Under the pieces are notes generated by a model. It was not told the origin of the DNA, ran no database searches, and was given only the letters and a program-made list of their open reading frames with translations. Position numbers and translations under genes: made by a program. A stretch of 64,000 nucleotides of DNA, taken from the NCBI GenBank assembly GCA_049513715.1, contig JBEKVV010000003.1, positions 288,001 to 352,000 of the forward strand, given 5' to 3'. This document shows, one piece after another, positions 56,324 through 64,000 of the stretch. Origin of the DNA: Candidatus Bathyarchaeia archaeon (GTDB taxonomy: Archaea > Thermoproteota > Bathyarchaeia > 40CM-2-53-6). Numbering within the stretch: the stretch's first letter is position 1; every line of letters begins with the position of its first letter.

Positions 56324-57697
56324 GTGGTGGACCTGATCGTAACGAACGCCTTCGTTATGACCATGGACAATGAGCGAAGATGCTACAAGAACGCAGCTGT
56401 TGTTATCGAGGGCGGTATAATTGTAGCAGTAGGTGAGACCCAGAGGCTGATGAAGGAGTATGTGGCCAAAGATGTGATCGATGCGTCGAACATGGCTGTC
56501 CTTCCAGGATTCGTTAATTTGCATGGTCACCTCTCAGAGAAATTCATACCTGGATTGAGCGACGACTTAGACCTCTACTCGTGGCTCAGCAAGCTCGTCT
56601 ATCCAGTTCTGTTGAATAGTAAACCCGAGGAGTGTTACTGGATGGCCCTGCTTGGTTGCATTGAGATGATCAAGTCAGGCATTACGTGTTTCGTGGACAC
56701 TTTCGGCCAGCTTACGGAAAAGAGGGTGCTGAATAGGGTTGCGGAGGCCGCATCGAACTGCGGATTAAGGGCGTATCTTTCGAGGGAGGTCGAGGAGATA
56801 ACGGATAAGTCGGCTCAGGCGGCAATTGATGATACGCTGTTGACTGCGGAAGAACTTCGCTCGAAGAATGTCGACCGTGTTCAAGTCAGAATGGCTCCCG
56901 GTATCGCCATCACCACCTCGCGGGACCTCTTGGAGAAAATGAGGGACATCGCCCATGATGCAAAGTTAGGTATGAATATGCATTTTGCCGAGACGCGAGG
57001 CGAAATCTTGGAGTCGAAGAAGAGATTCGGAAACACTCCCATTCGGTACGCATATGAAATAGGATTGCTCGGGCCGGAGATGATTGCGGCCCACTGCGTC
57101 TGGGTAGATGCAGAAGAAATCAAGTTACTGAGGAAAACGGGAACGAACGTTGCCTACAATCCCTTGTCCAACATGAAGCTTGCCGACGGTGTCGCACCTA
57201 TCTGCAGAATGATTGATGAAGGCGTGAACGTGGGTTTGGGTACCGATGGTGCCGCCAGCAACGATAACCTTGACATGTTCACCTGCATGAAAGCTGGCTC
57301 ATACTTACAGAAGGTCCACAACTTCAACGCCTCATTGCTTCCGTCCCATATGATGATTGGGATGGTTACGCTAAACGGCGCGAAAGCTCTGGGTCTTGAG
57401 GGCCAGCTGGGTTCAATCGAGCCAGGGATGAAAGCTGACCTGATTTTGGTTGATTTGACCACTCCTAACATTGCTCCCGTCCATGATGTGGCGAGACAAT
57501 TGGTATGTTCAGGGAGCATCGAGAACGTAGACACAGTCATCGTGGACGGCAAGCTCTTGATGAAGCATCACCAAATTCTGTGCGTTGATGAGGCGGAAGC
57601 TGTTGCTCGAGCGTATGAACTCTCGCGGGAGTTAATCTCTAGAGCCAAGGTCAAGGAACGGCTCAACGGAGAACTGCCTGGAGTGCTCGATCAATAG
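56324..57697 (+). CDS. Amidohydrolase (MTA/SAH deaminase/AtzA-like)
   Basis: PGFVN.HGH, E..KSG.T, H.AE, AHCVW, NP.SN.KL..G, GTDG..SND. Confidence 0.92.
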   Translation: MVDLIVTNAFVMTMDNERRCYKNAAVVIEGGIIVAVGETQRLMKEYVAKDVIDASNMAVLPGFVNLHGHLSEKFIPGLSDDLDLYSWLSKLVYPVLLNSKPEECYWMALLGCIEMIKSGITCFVDTFGQLTEKRVLNRVAEAASNCGLRAYLSREVEEITDKSAQAAIDDTLLTAEELRSKNVDRVQVRMAPGIAITTSRDLLEKMRDIAHDAKLGMNMHFAETRGEILESKKRFGNTPIRYAYEIGLLGPEMIAAHCVWVDAEEIKLLRKTGTNVAYNPLSNMKLADGVAPICRMIDEGVNVGLGTDGAASNDNLDMFTCMKAGSYLQKVHNFNASLLPSHMMIGMVTLNGAKALGLEGQLGSIEPGMKADLILVDLTTPNIAPVHDVARQLVCSGSIENVDTVIVDGKLLMKHHQILCVDEAEAVARAYELSRELISRAKVKERLNGELPGVLDQ

Positions 57698-57699
57698 AC

Positions 57700-59079
57700 A
57701 TGAGGGAAAAGTGCGCTCATTTGTCTAGTCTTATGATCGAAGGCGGAACCATTGTCACTATGGACCGGGACCGCCGGGTCATAGAAGATGGCGCGGTGGT
57801 CATACGGGATGGATATATTGTCGAATGTGGCCGACGCGATTCAGTTCTCATGAAATACAAAACGGATAGTGTCCTAGATGCGCGAGGCAAGGCCATCATT
57901 CCGGGGTTCATAAACGCGCACACCCACAACTCTGAGAAACTCTTGGCAGGCCTGTACGATGACCTGGACCTCTATTCGTGGCTTCAAAAAGTCATCAACC
58001 CTATGATGATCAACCAGACCAGAGAAGACTGCTATTTTGCCTCATTGCTCGCGCAACTGGAAATGATAAAGTCCGGGATAACCTGCTTCTCAGACCACTT
58101 TGACACCACGATTGAGAGCATATTCGGTACTTTGCTGAGCGCCGTTGAAAAATCCGGGATGCGCGCCATCCTTTCGCGAGAAATATTCACGAGGGACATA
58201 ATGCCTGATGAGCTAAAGGTATCCGTAGACGATGACATTGACGAGAAGATGATTGCAGACACGATGCGATGCGTCAAGGAGAGAAAACTCGCAAATGGCA
58301 GAGCGACGATGAGATTGGGGCTAGGTGGCGTATCTTACGCTTCTCAGTCTTTGATTTCCAGAATCCGAGCTCTGGCGACAGATTCGAAAACCGGCATACA
58401 TGTGCATGTAGCAGAAAGCACTGACGAGCTGAGGTTCTTCAAGCGTCGGGAGAAGACTACTCCCGTCAAATATGCTTACAAAGTTGGACTGTTGGGTCCG
58501 GACGTGCTAGCGGCCCATTGCGTGTGGGTGGACGATGAGGACGTACGGTTACTCAAAGAGACAAAGACGAAGGTCGCTTACAACCCTGTCTCCAACATGA
58601 AATTGGCAGATGGCGTGGCACCGATTCCGAAAATGTTGGAAGAGGGTGTCACGGTGGGGCTGGGGACAGATGGCGCAGCGAGCAACGACAATTTGGACAT
58701 GTTCGCTTGTATGAGAATGGGCTCTTACTTGCAGAAAGTAGCCGCGCTAGATCCCACCCGCCTTCCCTCTAAGAAGATGCTGGAGATGGCCACGATTGAC
58801 GGAGCAAAGGCGCTTCAGATGGAACACATCGTTGGATCAGTAGAAGCGGGAAAAAAGGCTGACCTCACGCTGATAGACCTTAGGGCCCCCAACATGGTAC
58901 CGGTCCACGACGTCGTTAAGCAGATTGTGTGCTCAGGGTCACCTTCCAACGTTGACACGGTAATAATAGATGGAGAGATTGTTTTGCAGGACAGACGGTT
59001 CACGCGACTGGACGAGACCGCGATAGTTGCAGAGGCTCAGCGAAGAGCAACAGAGCTAGTCGATCGTATGAAACAGTAG
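57700..59079 (+). CDS. Amidohydrolase (MTA/SAH deaminase/AtzA-like)
   Basis: PGFINAHTH, HVAE, AHCVW, GTDGAASND. Confidence 0.92.
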   Translation: MREKCAHLSSLMIEGGTIVTMDRDRRVIEDGAVVIRDGYIVECGRRDSVLMKYKTDSVLDARGKAIIPGFINAHTHNSEKLLAGLYDDLDLYSWLQKVINPMMINQTREDCYFASLLAQLEMIKSGITCFSDHFDTTIESIFGTLLSAVEKSGMRAILSREIFTRDIMPDELKVSVDDDIDEKMIADTMRCVKERKLANGRATMRLGLGGVSYASQSLISRIRALATDSKTGIHVHVAESTDELRFFKRREKTTPVKYAYKVGLLGPDVLAAHCVWVDDEDVRLLKETKTKVAYNPVSNMKLADGVAPIPKMLEEGVTVGLGTDGAASNDNLDMFACMRMGSYLQKVAALDPTRLPSKKMLEMATIDGAKALQMEHIVGSVEAGKKADLTLIDLRAPNMVPVHDVVKQIVCSGSPSNVDTVIIDGEIVLQDRRFTRLDETAIVAEAQRRATELVDRMKQ

Positions 59080-59145
59080 TACAAGACAGATATTCGATTC
59101 AAGAAGAGTGGGAAAAAGAAAGGGGCGGGAGAGGTACAGGTGGTT

Positions 59146-60198
59146 TTAAGCTGGCGGAATTTCTTTGAACGCCATCTCGACAGGAATTCCTTTTCTCTTC
59201 CTGTATAGCGAAGCGATGAAGTAGAGTGCTAGACCTATGATGGCTGCGGCGACGTATATCATGACCGAGTCTTGCCACGGGCCGAGTCCCAGGCTCGGGT
59301 AGCTAAGGTAGAGGTAGGCGTTGAATCCGCACACAATCACTGCAACAATGCCGGCCAATGAAGGCAAAGGTCCCACCTTGAGATCTCTTATTGGAGATGC
59401 TTGGTAGACGTCTTTCTTCCTCCAGGGGAAGAAAATTGCTGTGATTGCTGTCAAGGCGACGTTTCCAACCCAGATGTACATGCTGCTCGCGGCGAGTACT
59501 GGGAATACATATGATGGCTGGAATGTAAGGCCTGCAAGAGTTAACCAGTAGAGCACACAACTGAACACTGTGGCGTAGACGGGTGTGTGGTATTTCTGGC
59601 TCACTCTACCCAAAACTGATGGGGCGAGTCTATCGAAGGACCAAGAGAAGATGTACCTTGAGGAGAGCATCATCGCAGGTATCATAACGACCACCGGCCA
59701 GAACATGAAGGTCACAGCAACGATGAACTGAATCACAGGATTTCCGTAGAGGATGGCCATCAGGAAGTTCGTGTATGGCGGTATAGGTAGTGGGTATTGG
59801 ACTGGTCCCATTGGCGGTGGGTTGCTGTAGATGAAGAATATGGAGGCCAGGAAATTGTATCCGACGACGTTGAAAAGCACGAAGAGTCCCAATGCTATCA
59901 ACAGACCGTTGAAGATTGTGGGACCGATCATGATTCCCAGCTGTCTCTTTGCACTGTCTGCTTTCTTGACTTCACCTGCCATGAAAGATGAGAAGAATCC
60001 CCAACATGTTGAGGATGTCCCTATTGCAATCATGCCCGTTGTCATTGCAGGATCGTAGGCCTTGGGTAGGGATAGATTCGCTTGATTCATGAACCATTGG
60101 TATGAATTCGATGAACTCGTGTACTGATTCATGAGCGTGTTGAAGTGCGTAATGAAAGCCTCTCGACTGGAAAATGCGAGCCCTGCAACACCAATCAC
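59146..60198 (-). pseudogene. 5'-truncated APC family amino acid/amine permease
   Basis: Closely similar to 62452-64000 from GLAFSS onward but lacks at least the first ~150 aa (YPRSGG region); FMAGEVK and SFDR..P motifs retained. Confidence 0.7.
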
Positions 60199-60352
60199 CA
60201 GTCCGAAGACGCGACGCAGCGGAACAATCTAAGATGATCCCACGGTAGGCACTACAAGTCATGAACAAGTAACGAACATACATACTGCCTCAAAGGCCAG
60301 AATTTTGAGATATCGCAAGAATTTTGCAGAACTTTGCAATCTGCCGTGAAAC

Positions 60353-60955
60353 TCAACCAGAACCGACTTTAACCTCGATTTCGCTCGGATTGGTGTTGCA
60401 TTTTTCGTCGTCAGGGCATGAAGTCACGCCAACAACAACATCGCGTAAAGCTTCGAGCTCCCCATAGTCTCCAGCTGCGGCCTTGGAAGGAAGTAATTCT
60501 AAGTCATTGATTTCTGCGAAAAATGACGCCATTGCAGGGAGATGCGCTCGTTCAATGTTGAAAAGTCTAGATAAAATGTCTCTGCAGCCCAATCGGCCAT
60601 CGCTGTAAATCTCTCTCCAGCATCCGGGGAACATGACATCCATCCCCACTGAAGATTTCTTCTTGACGATTCGCAGAACTGGATTCACGTTTCCATCAAC
60701 GAGCACGTCTCCTTCCTCTAGACTCGTTACGAGTTTGGGGGCACTGTAGCGCCGCCAGCCGTTGAAGTTTCTGGTCATCGCCTGATCAAAACCTAGGAAG
60801 GTCAGGTCTGAGGCCTGCCCGCCGTTTACGGTTTTGACCATTATATGGTCTCGTTTCCTGCACTCGACGAGCACGCCTTCTCCATGCTTTATGAGGTGTC
60901 GCTGCAAGTCTACTATTCTCGTCTGAAGCGAAGGTGTACCAGAGTTGATAGACAT
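60353..60955 (-). CDS. DUF1989 family protein (paralog of 55716-56309)
   Basis: Same motifs; 60 identical central codons. Confidence 0.82.
   Translation of the reverse strand: MSINSGTPSLQTRIVDLQRHLIKHGEGVLVECRKRDHIMVKTVNGGQASDLTFLGFDQAMTRNFNGWRRYSAPKLVTSLEEGDVLVDGNVNPVLRIVKKKSSVGMDVMFPGCWREIYSDGRLGCRDILSRLFNIERAHLPAMASFFAEINDLELLPSKAAAGDYGELEALRDVVVGVTSCPDDEKCNTNPSEIEVKVGSG
60633..60812 (-). repeat. 180-bp perfect inverted repeat, copy 2
   Basis: Reverse complement of 55850-56029. Confidence 0.92.
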
Positions 60956-61063
60956 TTGCTTTCAATTTGATGGATGAAAAGCATGGTTATGGGCTTTATA
61001 TTTCACCAAAGAAGAGCGTCACATTGTACGATAACCGCGAAAGCGAATTGAGCATGATTCTGC

Positions 61064-62422
61064 ATGGTGGATCTACTAGTCAAGAATGGTTTCGTAATGA
61101 CTGTTGATGAAAGACACAGTCAATACAGAGACGGATGTGTAGTCGTGGATGACGGTCTGATCATCGATGTTGGGGAGTCGGACCGAGTTTGTCGGGAGTA
61201 TGAAGCTGAACGTGTGATTGACGCGCGTGATATGGCGGTTCTACCCGGATTCGTGAACGCTCATGTCCACACCTCTGAAAAGCTAGTCCCAGGTCTCGCC
61301 GATGACTTAGACCTGTACGAATGGGGTCAGAAGGTGATTAATCCCATGATGTTGAATCAATCCAACGAGGATTGTTACTGGGCCTCACTCCTCGGCCAAG
61401 TCGAGATGATAAAATCCGGAATCACTTGTTACGCTGACTTGTTTTCTAGCCCGAACAAGGATTTGCTCCAAGTGCTCGTTAGCACGGTTGAGAAATCTGG
61501 AATGCGTGCAGTTATTGCGAGGGAGAACTACAACAAAGAAGCCCTTCCAGACGAATGGCGATTGTCAGTTCCCGACGAAATGACGGAAAACATGATTGAG
61601 GAGACCACTAGATATGTCAAGACTCAGAAGGGGCAGCCGAGCAGGATTTCTGTGAGATTCGGTCTAGGAGGCGTATGTTACGCTTTTCCTTCTTTGATCT
61701 CTAGAGTTCGGGCGCGAGCCACGGAATTAGGGATTGGAATACACGTTCACATTTCCGAAAGCATAGATGAAATTCGATTTCTGAAACGCCAAAAAAACAA
61801 AACCCCCGTGAGATACGCGTATGAGCAAGGCTTACTGGGACCTGACGTTCTGGGAGCACATTGCATTTGGTTAGATCATGAGGAAATAGATATCCTGCGA
61901 AGGACAGGGACAAAGGTGGCCTACAACCCCGTTTCAAACATGAAGTTGGCTGACGGTGTCGCTCCTGTGAACAGAATGATTGAGAAGGGCGTCACAGTGG
62001 GTTTGGGAACCGATGGTGCTGCGAGCAACGACAACTTCGATATGTTTGCTTGCATGAAGATGGGATCTTACCTCCAGAAGGTCCATCATCTGAATCCAGC
62101 ATTGCTTAGTTCACAGAGGATACTGGAGATGGCGACGATAGACGGCGCGAGGGCGTTGCAGATGGAAGATAGGATAGGGTCGATCGAGCGTGGGAAGAAA
62201 GCAGACCTAATGCTGGTGAGCCTGAACGCCCCCAACATTGTCCCAGTCCACGATCTGGCCAAGCAACTAGTCTGTTCGGGAAGCCCGGAGAATGTGGACA
62301 CTGTAATAATCGATGGGGACATAGTCTTGGAGGGGAGACGATTTACGAAGCTAGATGAAGCCAGAACGATCAAAGAATCCAAGGTCAGGGCGGAGAAAGT
62401 TGTTAAACGCATGTACTCGTAG
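61064..62422 (+). CDS. Amidohydrolase (MTA/SAH deaminase/AtzA-like), third paralog
   Basis: PGFVNAHVH, HISE, AHCIW, GTDGAASND. Confidence 0.92.
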   Translation: MVDLLVKNGFVMTVDERHSQYRDGCVVVDDGLIIDVGESDRVCREYEAERVIDARDMAVLPGFVNAHVHTSEKLVPGLADDLDLYEWGQKVINPMMLNQSNEDCYWASLLGQVEMIKSGITCYADLFSSPNKDLLQVLVSTVEKSGMRAVIARENYNKEALPDEWRLSVPDEMTENMIEETTRYVKTQKGQPSRISVRFGLGGVCYAFPSLISRVRARATELGIGIHVHISESIDEIRFLKRQKNKTPVRYAYEQGLLGPDVLGAHCIWLDHEEIDILRRTGTKVAYNPVSNMKLADGVAPVNRMIEKGVTVGLGTDGAASNDNFDMFACMKMGSYLQKVHHLNPALLSSQRILEMATIDGARALQMEDRIGSIERGKKADLMLVSLNAPNIVPVHDLAKQLVCSGSPENVDTVIIDGDIVLEGRRFTKLDEARTIKESKVRAEKVVKRMYS

Positions 62423-62451
62423 CCGAGTAAAGAAAAAAGGGTGTGACGGGT

Positions 62452-64000
62452 TCATGCTGGCGGGATCTCTTTGAACGCCAAGTCCATCGGGATGCCTTTC
62501 CGTTTTCTGTATTCCACAGCGATGTAGTATAGTCCCAGCCCTATGATTGCTGCGCTAACAAAGATGTAGAGCGCGTTCTGCCACGGACCCAAACCGAGTG
62601 CTGGGATAGTCAGGTACAGATATGATGCAAATATTGACGTCCCCACGGCTAAGACGCCTGCAATCGACAGAAACGGTATTGGTCCCACCTTGAGGTTCTT
62701 TATCGGAGATGCTTCGTAAACCTGCTTCTTGTGATACGGGAAGAAGATTGCTGTAATCGATGTTAGACCCACATTTCCGACGAAAATATACATGCTACTA
62801 GCTGCCAACACCGGAAACACTAGATCCGGTCGAAGGGCTATGCAGAGAAGGGCCAACCAGTAGAGAAGACATGTGACGATCGTAGCATTGAACGGCGTAT
62901 GATACTTCGGGTTGACCTTGGCGAGAATGCTTGGGGCAAGTCTATCGAAAGACCAAGAGAATATGTACCTTGAGGAAAGTGTCATCGCAGGGATTAGTAT
63001 GACAAAAGGCCATACTGCGAATGTGGTTGCGATGATGAATTGTATCACGGGGTTTCCGTAGAGTATGGCCATCAAGAAGTTGGGGTAGGGTGGGATTGGA
63101 AGCGGATACTTGTCCGGTGCGACGGTTTGAATCCAGAATGCGGCGGCTAGGAAGTTATATCCTATTACCTTGAAGAGAACGTACAAGCCCCCCATCAACA
63201 AGACGCCGTTGAGTATCGTTGGGCCGACCATGATGCCCAATTGTCTCTTGGCGTTGTCAGCCTTTTTTATCTCGCCCGCCATGAAGGAGGAGAAGAATCC
63301 CCAACCAACGCATGATATTCCGATGGCAATCATCCCAAAAGTCGCTGTGGGATTGTAGCCTGCAGATAACGATAGCCCAGTCGCTTTCGCTTCGTCTATG
63401 AACCACTGATACGAATTTGATGACCCGGTGTATTGGCTCATCATAGAATTGAAGCGAGCGATGAAGACGGCGTTACTTGAAAACGCGAGTCCTCCAACGG
63501 CTATTGCAAGGCCTATCAAGCCGATTATGAAGAAGACGTCGTTCAGCCTGAACATGAACTTTACACCGAGCGTCGTGATAATCCCCAGAACCACGATGAG
63601 TATCGTGCCGAGGACGAGCCCTCCCATCGGGCTCGCCGCCCACGTCGCCGCGCTCACTAGATTTGGACTGTTGAAGGAGAACCCTAAGACCGCTAAGGGC
63701 GCGTACACACAAATCGTTCCAAACCAGTAGAGAATCAGGCCGAACACTATCGCCTCGAAGAAGAGAAAGTTTGTGCTCGCCATGAACCCTATTGCTGGAT
63801 GCAGAGATCTGCTGAGGAATACGTAGTCGCCGCCAGATCTCGGATATACCGAAGAGAACAGTGCGTACACTGAGACGTAAAATATGGACAGAATCGTTCC
63901 TATTGCTACCGCAGTGATTAGGTCGCCGCCCGGAAGGGCATACAACGCCCAATAGACACTGTACGCTATGTTCAACCCTAGCGGGCCAGATATGGTAGTG
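62452..64000 (-). CDS. APC family permease (5' partial, runs off window)
   Basis: YPRSGGDYVF.SR, AGEIK, SRYIF.WSFDR..P, FKEIPP C-terminus; frame open to window end. Confidence 0.9.
   Translation of the reverse strand, partial: TTISGPLGLNIAYSVYWALYALPGGDLITAVAIGTILSIFYVSVYALFSSVYPRSGGDYVFLSRSLHPAIGFMASTNFLFFEAIVFGLILYWFGTICVYAPLAVLGFSFNSPNLVSAATWAASPMGGLVLGTILIVVLGIITTLGVKFMFRLNDVFFIIGLIGLAIAVGGLAFSSNAVFIARFNSMMSQYTGSSNSYQWFIDEAKATGLSLSAGYNPTATFGMIAIGISCVGWGFFSSFMAGEIKKADNAKRQLGIMVGPTILNGVLLMGGLYVLFKVIGYNFLAAAFWIQTVAPDKYPLPIPPYPNFLMAILYGNPVIQFIIATTFAVWPFVILIPAMTLSSRYIFSWSFDRLAPSILAKVNPKYHTPFNATIVTCLLYWLALLCIALRPDLVFPVLAASSMYIFVGNVGLTSITAIFFPYHKKQVYEASPIKNLKVGPIPFLSIAGVLAVGTSIFASYLYLTIPALGLGPWQNALYIFVSAAIIGLGLYYIAVEYRKRKGIPMDLAFKEIPPA

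Noticed and set aside
1..64000. CRISPR arrays, rRNA, transposases, defence systems, and the many antisense/overlapping ORFs in the track
   Set aside because: No repeat-spacer periodicity or relevant protein motifs were seen; the short overlapping ORFs are shadows of well-supported genes

Overview
Archaeal chromosomal window, probably TACK/Bathyarchaeia-like. That lineage call is inferred from Dph5-DUF357, proteasome beta, RbkR-type riboflavin kinase, a PEF-CTERM protein and a multi-intron tRNA. 1-18.8 kb: an ECF transporter, HflX, a GH130/GT4 trio, ChrA, kdpABC, an LLM oxidoreductase and gene remnants. 18.86-27.64 kb: an ~8.8-kb integrase-less island bounded by a 24-bp direct repeat of the 3' exon of a tRNA-Lys(CUU) gene that carries three BHB introns (30/31, 37/38, 51/52). 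The island encodes an ECF importer, a split McbB/cucumopine-synthase-like (Pictet-Spenglerase family) gene pair, a pyridoxamine-pyruvate-aminotransferase-like enzyme, an Lrp regulator and TrpB2. This is the best candidate for an undescribed system. 27.8-39.2 kb: mostly housekeeping (dph5, ribL, ribK, nfi, HIT, translin, psmB, rtcA) plus a PrpD-ComA pair. 39.7-64 kb: a large catabolic region with acetoacetate-CoA ligase, cyclase, class III aminotransferase, two AORs, SDR, a bacterial-type QueG beside a divergent PTPS/QueD, two DUF1989 paralogs sharing a perfect 180-bp inverted repeat, three deaminase-type amidohydrolases and APC permeases. No CRISPR array, rRNA, integrase or transposase was seen. 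All family calls come from motif recognition by eye, not database searches.
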